Shown: positions 13,453 through 25,607 of the stretch, in pieces
Layout: each line of letters begins with the position of its first letter
How positions within the stretch are numbered: the first letter of the stretch is position 1
DNA from: Octopus sinensis
Lineage: Eukaryota
Length of the DNA: 57,410 bases
Assembly: GCF_006345805.1 (NCBI RefSeq)
Contig: NW_021834574.1
Span: 1 to 57,410 of the forward strand
Direction: 5' to 3'
Position numbers and translations under genes: made by a program
The notes under the pieces: model-generated
What the model was told of the DNA's origin: nothing
Seen by the model: only the letters and a program-made list of their open reading frames with translations
Databases searched by the model: none

Positions 13453-16400
13453 TCATCATCATTGTTCGACCGTGGTCGAGACAATGGAATTTACCATGTT
13501 GCGCCAGACTTCACGGTCCATCATAGCATTACGGAGGTCCTGTTGCTGGATGCCTGTATCCCTGGAGATTACATCAGGGTAGGAGAGTTGTGCGCCTCTG
13601 GTGTTGCGAGTAGATGGCTTCCAGAGGAGAAGAGTAGAAATTACTTCTTTTTCAGCTCTACAACAATGTCCAGCAAACTGGACTCTCCTACCCTTCACAA
13701 GAGATGACACAGGTGGTAATTTCCCATATATTTGCATTTTAGTTGGATGGCGCCTCCACGAGAGATTTTGAGCTCTCATAAGGAGGCGAGTGTAGGTTCC
13801 ATCCAACCGCCTCTCAAGCTTCTTTGATAACGTCCAGGTTTCTGAGCCATTAGTAGGATTGGTTCGACTGTGGCTTTGAATATTTCAAGTTTGAAGTCTC
13901 TACTTAGATTTGATGACCAGATCTTATGCATGTCATTACAGGCTGACCAGGCTATACCCTTTCTAGTTAGAAAGTCTTTTCCAGATGATGATATGTATGA
14001 CCCAAGATATTTATAATCAGAAACCATATTTAAAGGTGCACTGTTGAGAGTGTGGATGATGCAATCACTGTTGGACAGGCACTTGTTTATGTATTCAGTT
14101 TTGGTCTCATTAAGTAAAGACCTACACAATTTGAGGCTTGTTCAAGAGATTGTAAAAGAGACTGGGCATTGGAGAGAGAATCACTGATAAGAGCGATGTC
14201 GTCAGCAAAGTCAGTGTCTGTGTCAAGTACTCAGCTGGGTGTCTGGAACTTCTTCTTGGTTTTATTTCAAAGCCCTTGCCAGAGATGGTATCAACTGACA
14301 TACGTAGCACATAATCAACCCAATGATGAAAAGAAATGGACGAGTGTGTCTCCCTGCAGTATTCCGGCCTCGATCGAGAAAGATGATGTTTCTCCATCAG
14401 GGGTTAAGATGGTTGAAGACGTATCTGTGTAGAGGACCTTGATGGCAGAAATAATTTTGTCTGGTATCCCATAGAGCTTAAGGATTTCAAACATCTTGCA
14501 CCTATCTACAGAATCGAACGCTTTAGAAAAGTCTACAATACCATTGCAAGATCGCGATTAAATGCTTTTGATTCTTCAATAAGTCTGCGCAGGCATAGTA
14601 TCTGGCTCAGCGTTGAGCGCCCATGTCTGAATCCATTTTGGTTCTTTCGGAGCAAAGGTTCAACAAAAAGGACAAGACGATTTAGGATCAGTTTGTTTTA
14701 CAGTTTTGCAGCAATTGACATTAGAGATATGCCCCTGTAGTTGGTGACGAGGGACAAATCGCCTTTTTTGGGTATTGGAATGATTTGAGACTGGTGCCAA
14801 ATCTTTGGAGCGACAAAGGTGGAAAGTGTGTGGTTGCAGAGGTAAGCAAAAGTGTGTGAAATCTATCATCCTTCCAAATCACAGCCGGAATGTTGTCGGG
14901 ACCAAATGCTTTCGAGGCTTTTAATGCTTGGTGGCTGCTGTTAGTTCAAATATGGTAAAAGGGGAGGTGTTGATGTCCAGCGTGTCTGATATAGGTACAC
15001 TGGGAGAGTGGGGTTATCAGGGATTTTGGCATTCTTCCCAAGGAGGTTTTTAAAATGGGTTGACCAATTTTCTAAACGCTTCTTAGCTGATCCCCCTTTA
15101 ATTCTAATTGATGACCCAGAAATTTTGCCTGATAGGTCTTTGATGGATTTCCAGGCGAGATGGTGTTTTTTACTATTGTGCTCTTTCGATAGTTTACTAA
15201 TTTTGCCATTGATAAATTCGACCTCGGCGTTCAAGTAAGCCTCATCAAGATTCTTCCTGGCAGCTATGAGTTGGATCTTCAGTGACTGGGATGGAGAACG
15301 GTGGTAAGCTAGTGATATAGACTTTAGATGGTTTCTGGCTTCGATGACATTTGGGGAATTAGAAGGTTTGCTCTGGCCCCTACTCTTCCTTTTGGGAAGA
15401 GTAGCCAGTGCAACTTCCTCTGTTGATTTGATGAGGCTGCCTGTATACTTCCTCAATGTTCTCAGCATCTATTTCAGAAGTAGACAGAGATTGAAATTTG
15501 TTATAGACCTCAATAGTAAATTGTTTGGACATATCGGAGTTAGATAAGACTTCCTCCAGTCGATCATTTTGATCGGGTGAAGGCTTAGTGTTTGGATGAG
15601 CGAAGACTAAGCTTAACGGTAGCTGATACAATTCTGTGGTCAGAGCCGACAGAACTAAAGGAAGAGTAGGATCTCGAGTCCTTAACACTATTGCCGCCAT
15701 TTCTTTCGAAAGATGAGGTAGTCAATTGGTGCCCTATCACCAAGTGGGGACTCAAATGTCCAAAGTTGACCTTTTGGTTTCATAAAAGAATTGTTGGAGG
15801 TGTAGAGATTAAATTCCTCCAAGAAGTCTGTGAGCATTTCTCCGTTCCGATTGGTTTTAGAGCTGAAAGTAAAACTTGGTCTCATCGGGTCCTAGTCTAG
15901 CATTCAGATCACCAGCTATAACCAGAAAATTATGGAGAGGTACTTGCTCAATGGTTGAACGAAGGGTTGTATAGAAATTTTCAATTCGTCTGCCACAGAC
16001 GAATTATGTGGGCTATACACACATACCAATGTTGTTTTTGGGTTTCCATCTATCTCAAGCACCATAATTCTTGGTGAGATTGACTTTACTCAAGAGAGTA
16101 TCACTAGCCTTTGATATGAAAGTAGAAATCCGATACCTCCAACTGTGAATTAACATATTCTTGAGCTGAGGAGGTTACAAGTTGATAAGAACCGACTTGA
16201 TGGTATTTGATTTGAGGATGTTGTCAGGGTGGTAAAATCGGTGTGTTCTTGGACAGCTATTATATCAACGCCATGTGATTCTGCATTTGCACCCAGTTCT
16301 TCTAGACGGCCAAGAGAGCCGAGGGTGCGGGCATTGAGGGTGCTGAGTATCGTATGATTTTTACAGCTGATGAGGTGTTTGTTTGGTGTGGTGTTTGGTT

Positions 16401-16822
16401 GGGGGCTTGACTCTTCCCATCAGGTGTACCCGTCTGTTAAGATTGAGGGCATCACCGTCAATGAATGCCCTTGGAGGTGCAACATGATCAGAGACAGGAC
16501 CCGGCAAAGCAGGGCGGACCTACATCCGAAGGTTATACCATTAGGCTGGTTCCCTGGGGAAGAGGAACCCTGGTGCAGTTAATTGTAAATTCCATAGTCT
16601 TTTCAAATGGCTAATAATGTGTGCGCGCGCCACTACCACACACATTGGAAAGCATTGTACAACCAAGTACTAAAGAAGATCTTTCCTCCTCCATCAAACA
16701 AAGCTGTTCCCGCTGGACGTCAACCCAGTACTTCTAAGCTACGAGCTGAGTGATTTATTGTAAGGTTATCTCCCTAGATAGGTTGCCTTCACTACGGCTA
16801 AGGAGCCCTTTCTACCCCCACA
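13453..16822 (-). mobile_element. Near full-length RTE-clade LINE (APE endonuclease + RT), multiply frameshifted, (TGA)n tail
   Basis: Minus-strand motifs LNARTL, GGIGFLLS, ISPRIMVL, GNPKTTLVCVYSPHN (endonuclease), and GILQGDT, DFADDIAL, YKYLGS, EPILL, GRRVQFAGHC (RT). TCATCATCA on plus at ~13453. Confidence 0.88.
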
Positions 16823-16825
16823 ATA

Positions 16826-17039
16826 TATGATATATATATGTATAATATATATATGTATATTATATATGTATATATATATATGTATATATATGTATAATAT
16901 ATATGTATATATATATGTATATATATATATGTATATATATATATGTATATGTTATATATATATATATATATATTGTATATATATGAATATATCTATATGT
17001 ATATTTATATATATGTATACATATATATATATATACATA

Positions 17040-17070
<31 letters not shown>

Positions 17071-17111
17071 ACATATATTATATATTATACATATATATAT
17101 ACATATAAATA

Positions 17112-17145
<34 letters not shown>

Positions 17146-17212
17146 ACATATATATATATATATATAATATATATATTATATATATATATACATATACATA
17201 TATATATATATC

Positions 17213-17264
<52 letters not shown>

Positions 17265-17275
17265 CATATATATAA
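16826..17275. repeat. (TA)n microsatellite with a polarity switch (TATG to TACA) near 17010
   Basis: Direct reading. Confidence 0.95.
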
Positions 17276-17484
17276 GTGAAATAGAAAGATGAATAATCTT
17301 GTAGTAGATTAATCAAAAGTTTAACCGAACCTTAGTAGCAAAAATCACAGCAGTAAACAGCACGGTTGGAGGTACAAACATCTGGCGTTGCAACCGTGCG
17401 TTGGTGCGGATAATTGAAATTAAAACATTATTGGTTGAATTGAAAGAAAATGGAGCTGAACGCAGATTGAACAGAATCGTTTTA

Positions 17485-17573
17485 TTTCATTCTACACGTG
17501 TTTTCGAAAGCACAAATTACCAAAATCCGATTGAATAATGGGACCATATTGTGTCTTTCTCTTCAGGAAGAAA
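17485..17573 (-). ncRNA. Hammerhead ribozyme of PLE (a), left arm; one extra A in the GAAA run
   Basis: Reverse complement of 20381-20469 with GAAAAC for GAAAC. Confidence 0.6.
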
Positions 17574-18176
17574 AAAGGAAATCCGTTGGAAAAACAAAAA
17601 CAGAACAGAGGCGGAGCAAAAAACAAATCGAACTGTGCTCCTAAGAGCCCATGGCGAAACTGTTTATCAGTGTATGTTGAGAAACCGGTGGCTGAAGAAT
17701 TTCAACGGGTCAGGCATCGGTCAATCATGTGGGTGAGGGTGTATAGATGTTCTTTGTGACCGAGAATAAAGTTCTGACTATTTAAAGAATATTGGATGTT
17801 ATAAAGGGGCGAGAAAAAATCTACTTAGAGACGTGTGTGTGTGTATACTGTTCTATATATGTGTGTGTTGGCGTAGGGGTAGAAAACATTTTTTGTGTAC
17901 GTGTGTGCGTTGATCGTTCGGCTGTCAGTGGCTACTGCCGTGATAACCGTTGGGTGGCAGAAAGAAAAAATAAAAAAATTATATATATATTATGTTTTAT
18001 GTGTGTGTGTGTTCATCTAAGCCTGCCTTGTCAAGGAAACCCCCCGCTGTGAAAAAAAACCAAGCCCCGTTTGTCTTACAGGAGTAATTCCCCTTGCAGT
18101 GGTTAATCGTAGATATCTTAAAGGCTATTTCAGATATGTTACCAAGGGCTATGGGTGCCGGTATTATTTATAAACG

Positions 18177-18665
18177 CTATTTAAAGGCCAGATAAGTGTA
18201 ACGCCGCCAATGGGGGCATCGAAAAGCCGACTGTAAGAGCCCGTTTACCATCCGGCCTCTGGCAAACAAAATATGGAAGAGTTCGGAGACACAAAGGTTG
18301 CACTGTCTTCTGCCCCTATCAAATGGGAGGGGCCACCGACAAATTGACCATTCCAGCCTATAGCTTAAGTTCGCATCCTTCAGTCGCCATATTAGCTTAC
18401 TGAGTCCCGTGGTCTGGCGCTTGTTCACGTCCCGAAAAGTTGCGTAATGGTTGGAGACACGCAAAGACAATCTTGAGGATGATGCCCCTACATAAGTGAA
18501 GGCATCTGAGTCCGTGTAAACCTTGCATTGGTAGACGGCGTTTTTGATCTTGGAGTTCGCCGACGTGAATCTTAATCTGCTAGGATTGGTTTCTGAAATT
18601 AGAACTGCGTTCCTGTCACTATATTCGTTCCGAGACCTGCAGCCGCTTACTACTCTATTTTCCAC
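18177..18665 (-). CDS. PLE GIY-YIG endonuclease domain (C-terminal ORF fragment)
   Basis: AVYQCKV...YVGAS...RVSNH...LSKLIWRLK...W...CNLCVSE...CPH, the same pattern as the other two PLE endonucleases here. Confidence 0.85.
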   Translation of the reverse strand: MENRVVSGCRSRNEYSDRNAVLISETNPSRLRFTSANSKIKNAVYQCKVYTDSDAFTYVGASSSRLSLRVSNHYATFRDVNKRQTTGLSKLIWRLKDANLSYRLEWSICRWPLPFDRGRRQCNLCVSELFHILFARGRMVNGLLQSAFRCPHWRRYTYLAFK

Positions 18666-18932
18666 TACGTCACTATTAACTATAGGAATAACCCCTGATT
18701 CTCCACTATCTATCAGAGTGCTGTCATTGCTACTGCCGTGGTACTGCTATTGCGGGAAATGATGCTGGGGATGCTAATGGGGCTCTCTACCCTACTCCCA
18801 TAGTTACCGTCAACCACAACACCCATATTTATAACTATACCCCTAGTGGGTACTCCCTGGCTGGAGCTGAGATTATGTGTCACTGTACTGGCTCTCATAT
18901 CATTATTACTACTATAATTATTCTACTGAGCA

Positions 18933-19616
18933 TTAAACCGGGAGCGGAAGAGGCTGTGCCTCCGGAAAAAGGTGATAGGGTCTTAGTAAGTAGCCTATTA
19001 TTATGGAGGCGATTATCTGGGCGAGGTTTTTAGTGTTGGAGAAAGCTATCCTAACTTTATGTGAGTTAACCGTGGAGTAATATTTGGAATTTTTGGGGAA
19101 GTTATTGGCGATGGCTTGTCTAAACATGAGGGGGAGGTTAGTTCTAATCTGCTTACCAAAGGGGATTACAAACCATATATGCTTATTCCTATCAGTGTGA
19201 TGGGTCGGGACGCCAGCTCTCGCATTCGGGTGGGTGATTCTCGGATGAATAACGGGTCTTGGGTTAGTGTAAGACCTCCGGACCGATAATTATCCTTGTT
19301 CGCTAAATTAAATGCGGGAGCGACTACCCCGGCATCCGCCGCGCTCCCGTCCTTCCTTAAAATGTTAATGTTATTATATACGACCCTATCCTGATGACCG
19401 AATGATGGCATCGGAAGGGCCGGATCAATATAAATTACCTTCTGCCTATAACCGGCCTTGGATAGTGCGGCGTTATAAAATTCCGCTTTCTGCATAAAAA
19501 TATCGGCACTGGCGGACAAGCCAGACAATCTTAGAGAGATGTTTTTAACCAAATTGTCTGTTACGGTTTTGGCATGATTTGAGAAGACACTGACATACTT
19601 CAAATTAGTGGAATTT
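18933..19616 (-). pseudogene. PLE RT thumb and linker remnant
   Basis: RLSGLSASADIF...YNAALSKAGY, then after a frameshift HIWFVIPF...NFPKNSKY...NSHKVRIAFS..KNLAQII. Confidence 0.8.
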
Positions 19617-20380
19617 TGTCGGTGGCCCTCCCATTTGATAGGGGCAGAAGACAGTGCAACCTTTGTGTCTCCGAACTCTTCCATATTTTGTTTGCCAGAG
19701 GCCGGATGGTAAACGGGCTCTTACAGTCGGCTTTTCGATGCCCCCATTGGCGGCGTTACACTTATCTGGCCTTTAAATAGCGTTTATAAATAATACCGGC
19801 ACCCATAGCCCTTGGTAACATATTCTGAAATAGCCTTTAAGATATCTACGATTAACCACTGCAAGGGGAATTACTCCTGTAAGACAAACGGGGCTTGGTT
19901 TTTTTCACAGCGGGGGGTTTCCTTGACAAGCAGGCTTAGATGAACACACACACACATAAAACATAATATATATATATAATCTTTTATTTTTTCTTTCTGC
20001 CACCCAACGGTTATCACGGCAGTAGCCACTGACAGCCGAACGATCAAACGCACACACGTACACAAAAATGTTTTCTACCCCTACGCCAACACACACATAT
20101 ATAGAACAGTATACACACACACACGTCTCTAAGTAGATTTTTTCTCGCCCTTTATAAAACATCCAATATTCTTTAAATAGTCAGAACTTTATTCTCGGTC
20201 ACAAAGAACATCTATACACCCTCACCCACATGATTGACCGATGCCTGACCCGTTGAATTCTTCAGCCACCGGTTCTCAACATACACTGATAAACAGTTTC
20301 GCCATGGGCTCTTAGGAGCACAGTTCGATTTGTTTTTTGCTCCGCCTCTGTCTGTTTTTGTTTTCCAACGGATTTCCTTT

Positions 20381-20469
20381 TTTCTTCCTGAAGAGAAAGA
20401 CACAATATGGTCCCATTATTCAATCGGATTTTGGTAATTTGTGCCTTTCGAAACACGTGTAGAATGAAA
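20381..20469 (+). ncRNA. Type-I hammerhead ribozyme of PLE (a), right arm
   Basis: TTTCTTC-CTGAAGA-GAAAG(A)CACAA...TTGTG(C)CTTTC-GAAA-C ACGT G-TA^GAA(T)GAAA. Palindromic ACGT loop, cleavage after 20461, canonical G-C at 10.1-11.1. Confidence 0.85.
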
Positions 20470-20557
20470 TAAAACGATTTCTGTTCAATCTGCGTTCAGC
20501 TCCATTTCTTCAATTCACCAATAATGTTTTACATATATATATATATATATATACATA

Positions 20558-21498
20558 TTGATTGATTGATTGATTGATTGATTCTAGTTTCAGCTTATGA
20601 GCTGTGGCCATGCTGGGGCACGGCCATTTGGTGTTGCTACTTGGTTTCACTTCACGAAAGCTTTCTAGCAACTGCCATTTGGTGCATGAGAGAGTTCGAT
20701 GCAGCTGCCCTCATCTGCCCCTCCTGCCGTGAAGTTGGTTCATCTGGGACACCTGACAGGAAGAGATCCAGCTTCATTTTAAAGACATCTGCATCCACCC
20801 CATGCAGGTCTCTCAGGTTCTTCGGGAGGATATTGAAGAGCTGTGGGCCTCGGAAGCACAGGCTATCACAGAATCTTGTCCTACATCTTGATGGCAAGTT
20901 TGGAGTCCTAGGCACCACGCAGTGGCGCCCAGTTCTGGCATTTGCGTAACTCTCGATGCCAAAGTTCAGGACACGTCCCTCCAGGATCTTCCAGATGTAT
21001 ATTATGGCATATCTTTCCCGCCTACTCTCCAGGGAATATAGTTTTAATCTCTTGAGTCTTTCCCAGTAGCTTACATTCTGCATAGAGGCTATCTTCTTCG
21101 TGTAGCTACGTTGGATCGCCTCGAGCTCTGGGATCAACTTGACACTGGATGGTGACCATAACTGAGAGCAGTAGTCAAAGTGGCTTAGGACAAATGTCAT
21201 CCAGAGGACCATCATGGTTTCTTGTTCTCTTGTTCTAAAGGTTCTGAGGATCCATCCGGCCAGTTGTCTACATTTCATTGCCAATTTAGCAACATGTACA
21301 AGAAAGGTCGTGTCATCACTCATGTAAATACCTAGGTCACGCACTGATTGTGCCTCTAGGATTGCTATTCCTCCGTGTCCAGTGTATTCATTGGGTATTG
21401 CATTTAGTTTTGCATGCTGATAGTATAGAGCTTGAAACTTTTCAGCATTGAACTGCATGCTATTCTTTTCGGCCCACTTGTATATTTTGTCCAGCTCA
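20558..21498 (-). mobile_element. 5'-truncated CR1/L2-group LINE
   Basis: ORF 20652-21458, (AATC)n tail, same truncation point as 5638-6569. Confidence 0.93.
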
Positions 21499-21920
21499 TA
21501 TATGTGTATATATATATATATTATATATATATGTATATATATGTATATATATACATATATGTATATTTATGTATATATATATATGTATATATATAGTATA
21601 TATATATATATATATTATATATATATATATATGTATATATATATGTATATATATATGTATATATTATAAATGTATATATATATATGTATATATATATGTA
21701 TATATATATATGTATATATGTATATATATATATATATGTATATATGTATATGAATATATATATGTATATATGTATATATATATATGTATATATATGTATA
21801 TATGTATATGTATATATATGTATATATATGTATATATATGTATATTATATGTATAATATATGTATATATGTATATGTATATATATGTATATATATATATG
21901 TATATATATATATGTATAAT
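21499..21920. repeat. (TA)n/(TATATG) microsatellite
   Basis: Direct reading. Confidence 0.97.
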
Positions 21921-22094
21921 AAATATTAGGGAATAAATCCAAATTTACAGGGGAAAAAATCAGATTTAGGATTAAATCCAATTTTATAGTAAATATTATA
22001 AAATATTATTAGAGACAAAACCACTATTTTGCAAACAAAACAAGGAAAGACTTAATCAATACATAAAATTTTAATAAATAGTCAAAAAAAACCG

Positions 22095-22137
22095 CCACTA
22101 CAATTGTTTCTTGTCTTGATCGACAATCTTCAGGTGG
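22095..22137 (-). ncRNA. Minimal type-I hammerhead ribozyme, left arm of Z
   Basis: Exact reverse complement of 25403-25445. Confidence 0.9.
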
Positions 22138-25100
22138 ACTTCCAATCTAAAATATCAATATTTTAAAATATAAAAATAATAATTAAAATAATTAAAGTAT
22201 TAATGAAAAAATATAAATATATAATCCATATATAACCTATATATAATCCATATATAATCAATATATAAACAATATATAAACTAAAATAAACCTATCAACA
22301 ATTAAATATAAAATATAAAATATAAAATATAAAATATAAAACAAAACAAAAAAAAAATAATAATATATAATAATAAACTATATATACACCCATACACATA
22401 TAACTAATTATATATAACCATATCTAACTACATACACTAAAATCACACCTATATATATATATATCCCTATACATACACATAAAAACGTCTAGGCAACTAT
22501 AAATAAATAAAATAGCTAAATACTTCAACACAATACTTATTCATACTCCCACACACACACATACAACCCACATTCCCGCTCTAGAAACGGACATCACTTA
22601 AAATTATGAACGAGAAATGGAATAAATGGAATTAAAAATTATATTCACTTGGTTAAACGAACACTACTTAAAAATTATGAATGAAACAATGCAATAAAAC
22701 AACAGACATCGCAAATAGACACAAATTACTACGAATTCCTTAACAAACCTACCATGATAAACCAAAACTCATAAAAATATATAATGATAAAATCTCCCTT
22801 TACTAAACTCTATAACATACCTATATAGCAATCCCCCTAACCTAAACATTCACACACAAATACACACACGTAAACCACACACCCACGACATATACAAATA
22901 CCCCACACCACTTACACATACCTATACTACATATAAACCTCAACATATACTCCAAAACCCACTCAACCCCACACAGACAAATAAACACATACATCCCCAA
23001 ACCTAAATAGCAAACCCATAAACACATTCACACACAATTAAATACGTAAAAACACACACCATATACATATACATACTCACCAAAACTCGACATATAACAC
23101 AATTAATAACACACATTCATACAGATAAACAAACTACACAACCAAATACGCACACAACCAACACACTTCCACAAAAATAAACACTCCAAAGAAAAACAAC
23201 ATTATTACACATAATACGATATATAAAATACATCGTAAGTAACCAGAATATCAAAAATAATAATATGACATAAGGAGAAATATATACATACTTTCAAGTC
23301 AGTTTCAATTATGAAGTGAAATTAATTCTAATCCGTTAAAAACATCAAACCAAATTACGTTACCATAGGAACATAACTTATGTATAAAAAGAATACGCGC
23401 TATGGAAGCAAACCTCACTTAAAATTATGAATGGAGAAATAGAATAAATGGAATTAAAAATTATATACACGCGGTAAACCAACATTATTTTTAAAAAATT
23501 ATGAATGGATTCTTTTATAAAACTACCATGATAAGCTAAAACTCACAAAAACATAAATGATAAAACCTCCCTTTACTAAACACTATAACATACTTATATA
23601 GCAATCCCTTTAACCTATACATTCACACACAAATACACACACGTAAACCACACACCATAACAAATACAAACACACCCCCCCACCACACACACACCCACAA
23701 GTACATATAAGCCTCAACATATACACCAAACAAAATTACGTTACCAAGGAACTTAACATATGTATAAAAAGTATTACCGCTCTGGAAACGAACATCTTTT
23801 AAAATAATGAATGGAGAAATGGAATAAATGGAATTAAAAATAATATTCACGTGGCAAAACGAACACCACTCAAAAATTATGAATGAAACAATGTAATAAA
23901 ACAACCAACATCGAAAATAGACAAATTACCACGAATTCCCTAAAAAAAACCATGATAAACCAAAACTCTTATAAACATATAACGATAAAATCTCCCTTTG
24001 CTAAACTCTATAACAAACCTATATAGCAATCCCCTTAACCTAAACATTCACACACAAATACACACACGTAAACCACAGACCCACGACTTATACAAATACC
24101 CACCTCACTCACACATACCTATACTAACTTATAAACCTCAATATACACCAAAAACCCACTCCCTCCCCACACAGACAAATTAACTCATACATCCCCAAAC
24201 CTAAATAATAAACCCATATACACATTCACACACAAACACACACACACGCAAAACACACACACACAACAGATACATATACTCCCTCACATATACGCATATA
24301 CATACTCACTAAACTCGATATATACAACAATATTTACACACCCACACTCATACAGATAAATAAATTATACAACTAAAAACTCACACACAATCTCATATAC
24401 ATAAACACTCCAATGAAAAACAACATTAAATACATCGTAATTAACCAGAATATCTAAAATAACAATATGACATAAGGAGAAATAAAATACATACTTACAA
24501 GTCAGTTTCAAATTATGAAGTGAAATTAAATTCTAAGCCGTTAAAAAAATCAAACCAAAATTACGTTACCATAGAAATATAACTTATGTATATGTTGAGG
24601 TTTATATGTATGTATAGGTATGTGTAAGTGGTGTGGGTATTTGTATATGTCGTGGGTGTGTGGTTTACGTGTGTGTATTTGTGTGTGAATGTTTAGGTTA
24701 GGGGGATTGCTATATAGGTATGTTATAGAGTTTAGTAAAGGGAGATTTTATCATTATATGTTTTTATGAGTTTTGGTTTATCATGGTAGGTTTGTTAAGG
24801 AATTCGTAGTAATTTGTGTCTATTTGCGATGTCTGTTGTTTTATTGCATTGTTTCATTCATAATTTTTAAGTAGTGTTCGTTTTTACCAAGTGAATATAA
24901 TTTTAATTCCATTTATTCCATTTCTCCGTTCATAATTTTAAGTGATGTCCGTTTCTAGAGCGGGAATGTGGGTTGTATGTGTGTGTGTGGGAGTATGAAT
25001 AAGTATTGTGTTGAAGTATTTAGCTATTTTATTTATTTATAGTTGCCTAGACGTTTTTATGTGTATGTATAGGGATATATATATATATAGGTGTGTGATT

Positions 25101-25402
25101 TAGTGTATGTAGTTAGATATGGTTATATATAATTAGTTATATGTGTATGGGTGTATATATAGTTTATTATTATATTATTATTATTTTTTTGTTTTGTTTT
25201 ATATTTTATATTTTATATTTTATATTTTATATTTAATTGTTGATAGGTTTATTTTAGTTTATATATTGTTTATATATTGATTATATATGGATTATATATA
25301 GGTTATATATGGATTATATATTTATATTTTTTCATTAATACTTTAATTATTTTAAAATTATTATTTTTATATTTCAAAATATTGATATTTTAGATTGGAA
25401 GT

Positions 25403-25445
25403 CCACCTGAAGATTGTCGATCAAGACAAGAAACAATTGTAGTGG
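25403..25445 (+). ncRNA. Minimal type-I hammerhead ribozyme, right arm of Z
   Basis: CCAC-CTGAAGA-TTGTC GATCAA GACAA-GAAA-C AATT G-TA^GTGG. All three stems pair, palindromic AATT loop, cleavage after 25441. Confidence 0.9.
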
Positions 25446-25607
25446 CGGTTTTTTTTACTATTTATTAAAATTTTATGTATTGATTAAGTCTTTCCTTGTT
25501 TGTTTTGCAAAATAGTGGTTTTGTCTCTAATAATATTTTATATATATGTATATATATATATATGTATAAATATGTATATATATATGTATATATATATGTA
25601 TATATAT

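Larger units (their letters stand above)
17281..20530 (-). mobile_element. Penelope-like element (a), 5'-truncated, with inverted pseudo-LTR
   Basis: RT thumb, linker and GIY-YIG on minus. ~17423-18352 is the reverse complement of ~19617-20530 (~930-bp arms). Confidence 0.88.
21925..25521. mobile_element. Non-coding inverted-arm element 'Z' with terminal HHRs and an internal tandem duplication
   Basis: ~22000-22947 is the reverse complement of ~24591-25521. ~22600-23340 is repeated in diverged form within ~23400-24590. Confidence 0.8.
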
